Below, one piece after another: positions 12,201 to 36,000 of a stretch of DNA of 64,000 bases. The notes below the pieces were generated by a model. The model saw nothing but the letters and a program-made list of their open reading frames with translations. It was not told the origin of the DNA and ran no database searches. This DNA comes from Podarcis pityusensis. Its lineage: Eukaryota. The stretch lies in the NCBI GenBank assembly GCA_964106645.2, contig OZ067041.1. One strand, 5' to 3'. A program made the translations under genes and the position numbers. The first letter of the stretch is position 1. Each line of letters starts with the position of its first letter.

Positions 12201-15200
12201 GGGCAAGTTCCATTGGGCAAGGAGAGATGCTTGTGCTGGTGGATTTACTTTGTTAGATATTACTTTGTTAGATACAGTGGTACCTCAGGTTAAGTACTTA
12301 ATTTGTTCCAGAGGTCCATTCTTAACCTGAAACTGTTCTTAACCTGAAGCACCACTTTAGCTAATCGGGCCTCCTGCTGCCGCCGTGCCGCCGGAGCATG
12401 ATTTTTGTTCTCATCTTGAAGCAAAGTTCTTAACCTGAAGCACTATTTCTGGGTTAGCGGAGTCTGTAACCTGAAGCATATCTAACCCGAGGTACCACTG
12501 TATGTCCAAGTGGGCTTACTCTTGAGTGGGACTTAGCTCTCCCACTGAGCTTATGGTCCTTCTGTTATGCGCCTTCAAAGCATGTCCCGGGCATAGATTA
12601 TCCAGCGGAGAACAGCAATTCTAGTGAAAAACCCAACACACCTTTCTTGTTTAGGTTTATGACCTGAACACAATTGCAAAGGAAATGCAGCTACCGGGAG
12701 CTTTCTTTCTCGGAGCCGGAGCGGCTTCATCCAGAGTTGTCGGAGGCAACGCTGAGGTAGGTAAATATTAGCTCTTAACATGTATGCCAGACTCGATCAA
12801 GAGAGCCAGTGTAATGATTGAGAGGGCTCATCTGGAGAAGTCTGGGTTCAGACTCCTGCTCAAGTGACCTTGGGCCAAGGCCAGGCTGCATGTGACGTTA
12901 AAAACGTGCCTTCCTTTATTTCTTTAAATGAGCTGTATGTCGGCTGCTTAATAAAGGATAAACAAATCTCTAAGCAGCTTATGTGAAATTGTTTAAAATA
13001 CCTAATTAAAATGCATTGTAAACTGCTGAGAGACTACTGCAGTAAAGCGGTACATAAATTGTTTAAATAAAACCAACAAGCTTTAAAAGCAAATAGGCAC
13101 AATAAAAGGATCAAAATAGAGTAGGGTTGTCATATTTTTCAGATTTTCCCAAAGTTTTAGCTGATTTTTAAGGGAAATCAGCTAAAACAACACTGCCATG
13201 CGCCTGGATTTTCCCTGAATAATTTTGCCGATTTCCACTCAGACACTACTCCAGACTGCAGTATTCCGTGTATGTCCAGGAAATTCCGGGCATATGGCAA
13301 CCTTAAAATAGAGGGCACAAGGTAAGCTCCCAAGGGTCTTATCCCTTTGGGACTTGAGCCATGTAAGTTGGTACAGTATTTCAACTTAGAATGCTCAAAA
13401 TCCAGTGGTAAACACTAAATCATCTCGCTACATAGAGCTTCTTTCAGAAGAAAGGCTCCCTTCGTTAACCGGACTCAAATCCTGGTTGCACACTACTTAA
13501 TTTCAATGGAACCTAGGCTGAAATCCCTATACCTGCTTATCAGCAGGTCAGCCCCACCCACCCTGAACTTTACATGAATTATTTCTGATTAGACACATAT
13601 AGGACTGCACGGTTCAGGACCTCCGCCTTCCTCTGAATAGTACATTCTATATTTAAAGAGACCTTAACCTGGAGCGTCAGTGGGTCTTTCTTTTTATTGA
13701 TCGCGATGCCCGATAAACACAGCAGATCCATTCAGGAAAGTTAATTTTTTCTCTCTCTCTCTCTAGCTTATCCCTATCGTTCAAGCTAAAAATGAGAAAA
13801 AGCCAGCTGTCAATCGGAGTTACTTGGCCAAGATTAATCCGGAGGATGGTGGGTGCTTGCTGGAACAGTACAGCTCCAAATATAAGGATTGTGAATTTGG
13901 GCTGCTGGCCAACTTGTACGCCAGTGAAGGCCTTCCTGGCAAGGTATATGGTCTCATTGACTTGAACGCATACAGTCTTTGCATGTAGTTGCAGGTGAAG
14001 AGCACTTGCTGGTTGTCCCAGATCCAGTCCCTAACATCTCCAGGTACAGCTAGGAAAGACCGTACCTGGAACCCTGGAGAAGCCTAGTTTGTGGTGAGTA
14101 AAGAAGAATTTGAGTTTGGATTTGATATCCCGCTTTATCACTACCCGATGGAGTCTCAAAGCGGCTAACATTCTCCTTTCCCTTCCTCCCCCACAACAAA
14201 CACTCTGTGAGGTGAGTGGGGCTGAGAGACTTCAGAGAAGTGTTACTAGCCCAAGGTCACCCAGCAGCTGCACGTGGAGGAGCGGGGAATCGAACCCAGT
14301 TCACCAGATTACGAGTCCACTGCTCTTAACCACTACACCACACTGGCTCTCTAGTTACCCCTGACCATTAGGTCCAGTCGTGGCCGACTCTGGGGTTGCG
14401 GTGCTCATCTCGCTTTATTGGCCGAGGGAGCCGGCATACAGCTTCCGGGTCATGTGGCCAGCATGCCTAAGCTGCTTCTGGCGAACCAGAGCAGCGCACG
14501 GAAACGCCGTTTACCTTCCCGCCAGAGGAAGTATTTATCTACTTGCACTTTGACGTGCTTTCGAACTGCTAGGTTGGCAGGAGCAGGGACCGAGCAACGG
14601 GAGCTCACCCCGTTGCAGGGATTCGAACCGCCGACCTTCTGATTGGCAAGTCCTAGGCTCTGTGGTTTAACCCACAACGCTACCCTCCTCCCTTTGTGGT
14701 GAATAGCCTCCATCATAAATTCATTTGAGTTGTGTTAAAGGAAACTGTTCTCTCTGAGGTTTCAGGCGAATGATAGCACTGCTCTGACCGAATTGCTGTG
14801 GGGCAGGTAGTGACAGTACTTGCTGTTTAGGAAAGAAGCTACGAAGCCTTCTTACAATATTTCTGAGAGCTATGCTGTATATTAAAATATGCTGTGTTGC
14901 TTTGTTTCAAAACAGGAATTGAAAGTTGCATAATCAACATTTTCGTGCCGACGAGTGCCCATAATATAAACACAGCTTCTCTCCTTTTTTTAAAGGTCAT
15001 TGAAGTGAAAGCAAATCGAAGAACTGGGGAGCAGAATTTCATATCCTGTATGAGGAAAGCCTTAGAAAAATATTACGGTGACAAACCAGTTGGCATGGGA
15101 GGGACATTTGTTATCCAGAAAGGAAAAGCAAAAATTCATATTATGGTAAGTAATAAATAAGTAATGGTTCTCTTCCCTTGTTCTTTAAGAGTATGCATAG

Positions 15201-16647
15201 GAGGAAAAAATGCATGTAGAAAATATTCTGAATTGCAAACTTGTGTTTGCTGTATGCATTTTGAACTTACAGCCACTTGGTGAGTGTCTCAGGCGCCCAA
15301 ACCAACAGCAGATTAGGAAGGGTGCTGGAGTCGCTTGTTGAAATGAATCAAGGTTTGAAAGTCAGTAACAAACCATGGCTTCAGACTGTGGTTTGTTGGC
15401 AATAAACAAACCATAGTTACTATGCAGGATGGCCCTGTGTCCTACTTTATAGCCCCCTATTTTCAAAGAGCTGTAAGAAGATAGTCCTCTTTTTAAAGTT
15501 GTCCTCTTTTTGAAGGACTGGCCAGTTTAAGTCTGGTTTAAAGTTTTAAAAAAACCCCTCAAGGAGCGGCTGGGGAAACTCAGACAGATGGGCAGGGTAT
15601 AATAAATTATTATTAGTAGCAGTATTATTAAGAGAGAGACCAGGGGTGTTGAAGTGCCTCATCAACACTTTGCATCTAGAAAGAGAGGTAGGCCGGCTGG
15701 GCCCAGTCTTGCCCACTATGGTGAGATGTAGGATATTTTTCTGATGGACATTACCAGGCTGACCTTTGCTCCAACATTCCCAACTTTTCCTTTCCTCAAA
15801 TATAGAGTGGTACCTTGGGTTAAGAACTTAATTCGTTCTGGAGGCCCGTTCTTAACCTGAAACTGTTCTTAACCTGAGGTACCACTTTAGCTAATGGAGC
15901 CTCCTGCTGCCGCCACCGCACAATTTCTGTTCTCATCCTGAAGCAAAGTTCTTAACCTGAGGTACTATTTCTGGGTTAGCAGAGTCTGTAACCTGAAGCA
16001 TCTGTAACCCGAGGTACCACTGTAGTTGTGTTTTTCCTACAGCCCTCAGAATTTTCTGCCTGTCCTTTGAAAACGGATGAGGACGTGAACAACTGGCTCA
16101 AGTTTTATGAAATGAAGGCTCCGCTAATTTGCCAACCCGTTTTGGTTTCCCATGATCCAGTAAGTCAGTTTGTTGGCATACGGCGTGGGTTCTCTTGGGT
16201 GTGCTCTGCGCGGGGGGGGGGGGGGGGAATGTTGGCTTGTCTAACCACGCAGACATTATTGGGGGTCACAACCAACCCCAGTGGGGGAGCATTCCAGCAT
16301 ATCGCTTTCTGTCTGCAATCTGAATTGTTACAGCGCAGCAACCGGGCAGTTCTACGCCTTGTTTTCTGATTCTCTTTTCATAAATTCATTATAAGGAAGC
16401 ATATAACGGAGGGCTGGGCCTGCGGCATGGCCTTGTCCCTGAGCTTGATTTTCCTTCTTCCTGTGTTCCCCAGGGCTTTGATCTGCGCCTCGAGCACACG
16501 CACTGCTTCAGCCACCATGGCGAGGGAGGCCACTACCACCAGGACACGACCCCAGAGACCGTCGAGTACCTGGGGTATTTTCAACCCGCCGAGTTTCTCT
16601 TCCGAATTGACAAGCCCAAAGAGACGCACATGGTTGGCCGGGATTGA
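9206..16647 (+). CDS. C11orf54: C11orf54 ester hydrolase (PTD012, DUF1907), 316 aa
   Basis: Exons 9206-9263, 9698-9796, 11578-11651, 12655-12756, 13767-13943, 14996-15145, 16043-16159, 16474-16647; all GT-AG, 951 nt in frame. MANVEMLAFHVPSLEEL...DLRLEHTHCFSHHGEGGHYHQDTTP...VGRD*, with the zinc-binding HxH...H motif intact. Confidence 0.96.
10261..10592 (-). mobile_element. Sauria SINE
   Basis: tRNA-derived head (reverse complement GGACGCGGGTGGCGCTGTGGGTTAAACC) and Bov-B-related 3' end; near-identical to three other copies in the window. Confidence 0.88.
10929..11060 (-). mobile_element. L2-type LINE 3' end with (ATT)n tail
   Basis: Same tail (tcccgccctccc...gagc...gcggct.aca) as the L2 fragment at 48908-49490. 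Confidence 0.55.
11892..12148. mobile_element. hAT-type MITE
   Basis: TIR CAGGGGTCGG...CCGACCCCTG with perfect 8-bp TSD CTCCAGAG (11884-11891 and 12149-12156). Confidence 0.88.
12275..12500. mobile_element. Tc1/mariner (Tigger/pogo-like) MITE, family A
   Basis: TIR CAGTGGTACCTC(A/G)GGTTA, TA target duplication; about 10 copies in the window. Confidence 0.88.
14103..14351 (-). mobile_element. tRNA-derived CORE/MIR-like squamate SINE
   Basis: Reverse complement begins AGAGCCAGTGTGGTGTAGTGGTTAAGAGC...GGGTTCGATTCCC (A/B boxes), then a CORE-like GGGTGACCTTGGGCTAG segment and an L2-like tail. Confidence 0.75.
14358..14690 (-). mobile_element. Sauria SINE
   Basis: Same sequence as the 10261-10592 copy. 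Confidence 0.88.
15805..16022. mobile_element. Tigger-like MITE, family A
   Basis: TIRs (G/C)AGTGGTACCT...GAGGTACCACTG with TA flanks; ends 20 nt before the C11orf54 exon at 16043. Confidence 0.88.
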
Positions 16648-18653
16648 AGCGAGACGGGGTCAGGTTGCAGCGGGAAGCCAGCTCAGCCAAGGAACAGGAA
16701 GTCTGGCGAATTGGTAGAAATTTGCCTGAATGAAATGTTGGTCACAAGATGGACTCCAATAACCACAGGAAGATAGCACTTATTTTGCTTGTTCTCGAGG
16801 GGGGGATGGCATGTAATTAATGGGTGATTGGAAATACAGCTGAATTTAATCTGAGGACAAGGAACACCTGGAGTCAATTACTTAATTGCCGGGAGGGTTG
16901 TCTCTACCAGCTGTTTTCTCAGCTTCCTTTCTTTCATTAATAACAATTTTTACAAACAGGCCACTGAGTGGAAGGTGAGGAGTTCTTCCCCATTGTTTTT
17001 TTGTTGTTGTTGTTTAGTAAGTCCAGCTGCCACAGACACATATACTGCCATTTTGTCCAAAGCCGCTTCAGGAAAGAGGGTGATATCTTCTCTTGGAGCA
17101 AGCAGCACCTCCAAATGGACCAGTCTGGGCCTGAGGCTGCCGGTTGCCAAACCTCCCTTGCTTTAACATCAACAAATTCAAAAGTGCAAGGTTCCCTCAT
17201 GATAGTCTCAGCCACACGTCCTTGCAGCCATATCCCTCAGTAACTCATCCCACGCCTACAAATTTGCTGCATAGAAATGATGTGATCATCCCCTAACAGG
17301 ATTTGGATGCAGCAGAGAGAATACATGGAGCGGGGATGGACTGGTGTACTTTTTATCTATAATAATAATTTATATAATTATTATTTATACCCCGCCCATC
17401 TGGCTGAGTTTCCCCAGCCACATAGAAGAGCACAGCAAACTTCAGTGATTCACACAGAGATCTGAAAAAACACACTTTTTATTATTATTTGGGCAAGTCT
17501 CCATCTTACAGCAAAATCCTAACCATCTACTTAAGGCCTATTGAATTCAGTGTGGTACATGGGACTTGCGTTGCTGCGTTAGCAAGAGAGCCAAAAGTTG
17601 GACTGGAGCACTGAATTTATTCTCCGTTTTCCTCCTGACTTTGGGTTGCAACTAAACCATGCATGTCTCTTATTTACTCAATTGCCCGTTTCCCCCATGG
17701 GTGCTTCATTTGGGTGTGACGCTTTTTCTTAGCACTTCTTGTCCCAGATGAAACATCTTAAAATTGCACTTGAATCTATTATTTTATCTGTTTTCTTCCA
17801 GGCAGGATAGGCAAATTTCTCCCCCCGCCCCCCCCAAATGCACATAAACTAAAAAGCTGGTTGGAAAATGGCAGTTCTGAGTCATCTGCTGCACTCGGTT
17901 TGTTTAGACACTTTTCTCCTTGCAAGTAGTGCAGCTTTATGTCCGTAAAAGTTCCTGTTCGGTGTAGGATCCTCTTGCTGTGCTAGTACAGTAAGCCCCT
18001 GATGGCACCTCAAAGACTCAAGCAAGTTGTTTTTATATTAAAGTGGAGTGGCTAAGCTTTTTTACCCCCTAGGAGCTGATTAGCAGTGCAAAGTGTGGCC
18101 ACCCCACACACATGTTCGCAGGACACACAGAGCCCTCCCCATGCAAAACAGCTGTTTCTGCTTATCAAATTATCAATTTGATGGGAAGCCTTTTTTGCTC
18201 CTTTTTGCCAACAAGGGGAAGTTTGCTTGGGGGAACCTGACTCAGCCCCCTGGGCTTGGTAGTAACTACATATGACTGAAAGGAACTTTGGGCTGGAGTT
18301 TTACAGGACCGACCCCCCCAAATTAGCATGCACAAGGCTTGTAACATACAGCTGCAATATTACAAATACTTGTCTTTGAGCATCTTCTGTGGAATTCAGT
18401 GTGGGACTTGCTCCATAATAAACCTTGGTGGTATTGCACTGCACACCTGCTGCAACCCTGCTTCCAAGGTCTCTGATGAGTCTTGTGGAGCTTGGAGCAG
18501 GGATGGGTGGACCTGCGGCCCTTCAAGTGTCGTTGGACTCCACTCACATCAGCACCAGCCAGCACAGACAGATGATCATCAGATGATAGGCGCTGAAGCC
18601 CAACACCAACAAGGCAGGCAGCTTCCGCATTCCTGACTTGGAGCGTGGAAAAC

Positions 18654-18951
18654 TGAAATATACTGGGAGTTGAGAGTGGATTTCATGCTCTTTATTCAGC
18701 TCATAGTGGTGAGGGGGAATGGAGGTTCCCCCAGAATGTCTGCTTTATATACATTATTTACACAATGGGTCCCACGTGATTGGCTAATTCCGGGATTCTC
18801 CTGTAGGCCAATCAGGTTGCGGATTCACTTCCACCTGGAGCTGGATTGGGTGGCTCCTGTGGACCAATCAGACTGCTGCATTCTGAATCCTATTGTTCTA
18901 GGACCAATCAGACTGCTGCATTTTGGATCCTATTCAACTCAGTACATAACA
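18654..18951 (-). mobile_element. Solo LTR (298 bp)
   Basis: Minus strand TGTTATGT...TATTTCA, perfect 5-bp TSD AAAAC (18649-18653 and 18952-18956), internal TATATAAA followed by AATAAA, repeated CCAATCA boxes. Confidence 0.88.
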
Positions 18952-19241
18952 AAAACCCAGCAAGTACAGTGGTACCTCAGGTTAAGTTCTTAATTCGTTC
19001 CGGAGGTCCGTACTTAACCTGAAACTGTTCTTAATTATTCTTAATTGTTCTTAAATTATAAGTAGTAGCAGTAGGAGAGATAGCAGAGGTCTTGAAGTTC
19101 CTCATCAACACTTTGCACCTGGGGAGAGAGCCCGGCTGGCTGGGCCCAGTCTTCCCCACTATGGTGAGATGTAGGATATTTTTCTGATGGACATTACCAG
19201 GCTGACCTCCAACATTCCCAACTTTTCATTCCTTAAATATA

Positions 19242-19467
19242 CAGTGGTACCTCGGGTTAAGTACTTAATTCGTTCTGGAGGTGTGTTCTTAACCTGAAAC
19301 TGTTCTTAACCTGAAGCACCACTTTAGCTAATGGGGCCTCCTGCTGCTGCCGCGCCGCCGGAGCACGATTTCTGTTCTCATCCTGAAGCAAAGTTCTTAA
19401 CCTGAAACACTATTTCTGGGTTAGCAGAGTCTGTAACCTGAAGCGTATGTAACCTGAGGTACCACTG
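19242..19467. mobile_element. Tigger-like MITE, family A (a truncated copy also at 18967-19034)
   Basis: TIR CAGTGGTACCTC, TA flanks. Confidence 0.88.
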
Positions 19468-19551
19468 TATAATTTTCCGTGCAGACCAAACATGCAAATA
19501 AAGATGCATGTAAAAGCTACTCATAAATAACTGCCGCCACACGCTTTAGTT

Positions 19552-19665
19552 CAGCTTTCCCCAACCCGGTGCCCTCCAGATGCTAAAAACTACAACTCCC
19601 AATGAGCCGCGCTGATGGGAGTTGTAGTCTGAAATATCCAGCGGGCGGCAGGTTGGGGAAGGCTG
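19552..19665. mobile_element. Short palindromic hAT-like MITE at the MED17 promoter edge
   Basis: CAGCTTTCCCCAACC...GGTTGGGGAAGGCTG inverted ends with internal ACTACAACTCCCA / TGGGAGTTGTAGT; related to the copy at 47874-48010. TSD not recognisable. Confidence 0.65.
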
Positions 19666-19669
19666 GTTT

Positions 19670-20023
19670 CACGGTCCCTCCCCCCCCCCCTCCCGCCTCC
19701 GTTCTATCCCCGCGCCTTTCGAATCCCGAGCTCTTCCGGGAGCAACCTCTGGCAGCCACTAGGAGGAGCCTGAACTTTTTTTTTCTCTTTACGCACGCCG
19801 CTTGCTTCAGCCGTGTCCCTCGGCAGGCACCGTAGTCCTTAACGCGCATGCTCAGCAAGGCCTTGCCGGGATCTTTCTCACACAGCAGCTGAGGAGGGAA
19901 AGCTGAGTCGCTGCTCTGACTTGTCCCTCCGCAGGCACCGTAGCTCCTAACGCGCATGTTCGGCGAGGCCTTCTCGTACACCTGAACGCAGAGCCTCTGA
20001 GGGGAACCCAGGCTGAGGCGAAG
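19670..20023 (+). promoter_or_regulatory. MED17 CpG-island promoter / 5' UTR
   Basis: CpG-rich sequence directly upstream of the MED17 ATG, with GC boxes and two NRF1-like GCGCATG motifs in a duplicated unit. Confidence 0.7.
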
Positions 20024-31440
<11,417 letters not shown>

Positions 31441-33041
31441 GCTTAGCGATGAAACAAAAAGGACTATTGTTTTGGCACAAAAGGGAATGACTCTCTTACA
31501 CTCCTGATAGTTGCCAAGTTGCATAACCTGTGAAACGCCATTAATTTCATTTTTCTCCTCCCCCCAGAATAATATCAAAAGTCTTCATTTCTGGAAGCAA
31601 CTTCTCCTGCCTTTTCTGAATATTGAATTAAACTGTGCCGTTGTCTTGCCCGAGTCCCAAGTTCTTGATGTTTGTAAAATGGAACTCAGCTTTGCTCCCA
31701 TCTTTACAAAGGGGTTACCTGGACTGCTTCCGTAGAAAATGTGGTTATGCCCAGCTTAGCAAGGGCAGCCCAGAACGGGCTGAAACATTTCTATACATTT
31801 AGAGGAGGTCTTTGCCATAGTAGTAGTTACTTCTGCAGTGCTCATATCTGCATCTGTGACTCTTGATAACTGCTGAATATAGGCTTAGATTTGATTTTTA
31901 CACACCACCTGTGAAGGCAAAAGATTGCAAAGTGGAAGAAAACCTTTACAAGCTCTTATTGATCCCACCTTGAATTCAGGAGCAAGTGGCACTAAATTCC
32001 GAGGGGATCTGAGGAGGTGGGGGTTAGATCGGATGGGCTCTGTGTGATGTCTCGGTCCTAAAACCAATGAAAATGTATGTTCAGGTAATAACTTTTTATT
32101 GATGATGATCAAAACACTTAACAAGGCAACTTATTTGTCAGTTTTATTCCTGAAACATTCACCAACAGCCACAGCTAAAGACAGTTGCGAGCACCACTGA
32201 GTTTAACCATTTTATTGGAATGCTATTGTCATTCCAAAGACATACAAGCACAGGGAATTAAATGTAAAATATCAATGCAAGCTTGTGGCATAGTGTCTGC
32301 AGTACTGTATTTAGAAGTTAGAAAGCCATATTAAAATCCCCACTGAGCCATATCACTCTTAGCCTGACCTACCTCACTAGGTGGTTGTGAGGACAAAATG
32401 AGATGATCCTCATCTACACCGTCTTGAGTGCCAGAGAAAAGAGGAGGGATAGAAATAAGTAAATGGGATGCTCATCTTGTCATCTAACATCAAAAAGTCA
32501 ATGAGAGAACTTGAACTTCAGCATACTTATAATGTTGGTTTAGTCTTTAAATTAATCACCCAATCATTGGTAACCGTTTTTGATGTGAGTTGCCCACTAC
32601 TACTTTAATATGTTTTTAAAATGTAATAAGTTAATAAACAGTTGCACCTTCTTTAAAAGGCTGCATTTTTTCCCTACCTATTCACGTTCAAGATTGTCCA
32701 CCATCGTGGGTGCAGATTTTAGCACATGAAGTCCTCAGTCACATCGTCATGATATTTGCCAATGCAAAGTTGATAAGTGTTTGTTCTTGATACAGGTTGA
32801 AACAACAGAAGCATTCTGTCCTCTTTACATGTTCTGTCCATTGTAAATTATACTGTGAAACCACAGTATCTCTCACAGTGTCTCTGGATCGGCTTCCAAT
32901 TAATCTTTGCTTTTCTGGTTCAGGAAATATCTTACAACAGAAGAAATGTACACCTTGTGTCTTCTGGATGCCTGTCTCCTCTCTTACTAGTGTTTCTTTT
33001 TGAGGTAGAAAATTGTCTCGTCCGTTTAAACCGTTCCACAT

Positions 33042-36000
33042 TTAACACCCCATCATTTGCAGCTCAGTCTCTTCAGTTGCGCTTGCTGTAAATGAAAGGA
33101 GAATGTAGCTTGAGAACGGATCGACTGGAAAGGAGCAGTTCCAAAATAAAAATATAGCTAAGAGATAATGGCGTACAAGTCGTGAGCATAGTGGAAACCT
33201 GCTGCAAACAGGGCATTAGTGTTACATAATCTCCCCTAAACAGGGCCTGTGTTTATACTACACCTCTCCAAAATCTGTACCAATTAAACCAAGACTTGTA
33301 ATGGTGAGCCACTCATTCAGTACCAAAGATGCAAGTGTCAAGTGTGTGCATTACATCTGCAGCAGCTTTGCAGATGCTGTTTCTCTTGATATCCCTACTT
33401 CCTTTTCCAGATCTGCTTTGGTGTCAGTTGTATGGAGAAAAGCCAGTCATGGAACATGGAAAGGCAATGGAGTTGCCGGGAGGGGGAATGTAGGAGTCAG
33501 GCCAGCTCAGTATTGTTTATGCTAAGTGGCAATGGCTCTCCAGGCACTGCCCTTTTTCCAGCCCTATGGGCAGATGCTAGGGTTCACTGCAAAATAATTG
33601 CCAAACTTTGGCTCCAGTTTGAAGCAATTCAGAAAAGGTTGCATTTTCGGTTAACTAAAAACCCCAGTTTGATGTATCAATTACTCAGGTTGGGGGGGGG
33701 CACTGCAAAACACAGGATTTTTGCTGTAAAATGGCTGCAAAACTTTGGCACAGGTTTGGATGGGATCCTAAATTTTGGAGTTAATGAAGCTAAACCAGGG
33801 GGACCTTCTGTATGCAAAGGAGAGGCTCTTTTCACTCAGCAAGGAAGTTGCTTCCCATCAGCCTCAGCCAAGATGGGCAGTAGTCACGGATGGTGGAAAT
33901 TGTGGTTGTCCCATTCACAAAAATCTGATAGGTCATAATGTTTTATAAAAAAGCAGCGGGAGAGTTTGCGGTCTTGCCTTGCAACAAGAGGCAAAGGAAG
34001 CAGGACTGCAACATGTCAAAAGAGGAAGGGACTGTGGCTTTAAATGGACTGGGCGTGCCTCAGTAGCGGTGTACTTTGTTTTAGCAAGCAGAAGGTCCCA
34101 GCATCTCTTGTTTTTTTAAAAAAAATCTGTAGGTGATGTGGAAGATCTCTAGCTGAGACACTGGAGAGCTGCTACCACCAGTTGGAAAAGAATTGTCTCC
34201 TGTCTAAGGCAACTTCTGACATTCCATGGAAAGGGATATGACAAGTCTGCTTGTTTGCTCTGGCACAATGGGGCCTTTCTTCTCTGCAGGTGTTCTCAGC
34301 TGCCACTGCCATAGTTGCAAAGCAAACAGCCTGCTGTGTTTGTCTATGTCTTTGCATGCTTGAAATCACCTGAAGATCTTTCAAGCCAAATAGATAATGC
34401 AGTTTGCAAACAAGGTGCAGAGGAACTGAAGAAGGGTGGGAGGAGATTAAGTCTGAATACAGTGGTATCTCGGGTTAAGTACTTAATTCGTTCTGGAGGT
34501 CCGTTCTTAACCTGAAACGGTTCTTAACCTGAAGCACCACTTTAGCTAATGGGGCCTCCCGCTGCCGCTGCGCCGCTGGAGCACGATTTCTATTCTCATC
34601 CTGAAGCAAAGTTCTTAACCCGAGGTACTATTTCTGGATTAGCGTAGTCTGTAACCTGAAGCGTATATAACCTGAAGCGTATGTAACCCGAGGTACCACT
34701 GTATTACAGCACTGTTGCTGGTACAACCAAACCTCGGACCCCGAACGCCTCCGTTTTGGAATGTTTTGGCTTCCAGACGACGAAAACCTGAAAGTAAAGG
34801 CTCCAGTTTTCAAACGTTTTTCGGAAGCCGAACATCCGACACAGCTTCTGCTTGAGTGCAGGAAGCTCCTGCAACCAATTGGAAGCCGTGCCTCAGTTGT
34901 CGAACATTTCAGGATTATGTTCAACAACCAAGGTTTGACTGTACAGTGGTGCCTCGCAAGACGAATGCCTCGCAAGACGAAAAACGCGCAAGACGAAAGA
35001 GTTTTCCGTTTTTTGAGTCGTTCCGCAAGACGAATTTCCCTACGGGCTTGCTTCGCAAGACGAAACGTCTTGCGAGTTTGTTTCCTTTTTCTTAAAGCCG
35101 CTAAGCCGTTAATAGCCGCTAAGCCGCTAATAGCCGTGCTTCGCAAGACGAAAAAACCGCAAGACGAAGAGACTCGCGGAACGGATTAATTTCGTCTTGC
35201 GAGGCACCACTGTACCATATACCTAGATTTACACTCAGGGCAGATTTTTTAAAAATCTACTTTCAGGGCACTCTTTCCACATTGATTTGCCTGCTAAGGA
35301 ATTCCTGCCTCCTGAAGAGGTGGGGAAGAATGTCACAGCTGTTTAATATACTGTTGCAGCTGTCCCGTGTGTAACTGCCTTGGCATTCAACTTGAGATCT
35401 AGGTGTAGATGAGCAACCCTGGGTCCCGATGTCCCTTAGAGACATTCCCAGGGTGGTGCATTGTAAAAGATGTGCATCTTTTGCAAGTGTGTTTTAAGGG
35501 TCGAAGTATGCATACATGCAAGTTTCCTGGCATGCATTCAGCATTGTCTCTGAGTAGGATCAGAGTTCAAATTATGATGCTGCTGCAGTGTGTAAAATGC
35601 CAGTGGCACTAGCTGCTTTAGCGCTCATGCGCATGTATTTTTAAAGTTACAGATGTGCATTAAAGAAATATGCATGTGCTTCCCAGATTAATGTCCATGG
35701 AGCTAAACTCTTCTTAAGAGGAATGGAGAACTACAACTCTTGTAATTCCTGATCGCTGCTGTAAATTTAAGGTTTTATATATATAATAAATGTTCAGAAA
35801 AGTACCAACCAAGCACATACATAGATCAGCACAGGAAGACCGACCTGAAACCATTTTGACTCCCAAACTGACCAAATGTTTTCTCTGCAAGGAGGGAGGG
35901 GGTCAGGGAGCCTTCCCATTGTCTCAGGAATTGGGAAATCACCATCTCAAAGGGTGACAGACTACCAGGAAAGGCAATCAGGTTAGACCTGGCAGACAGG

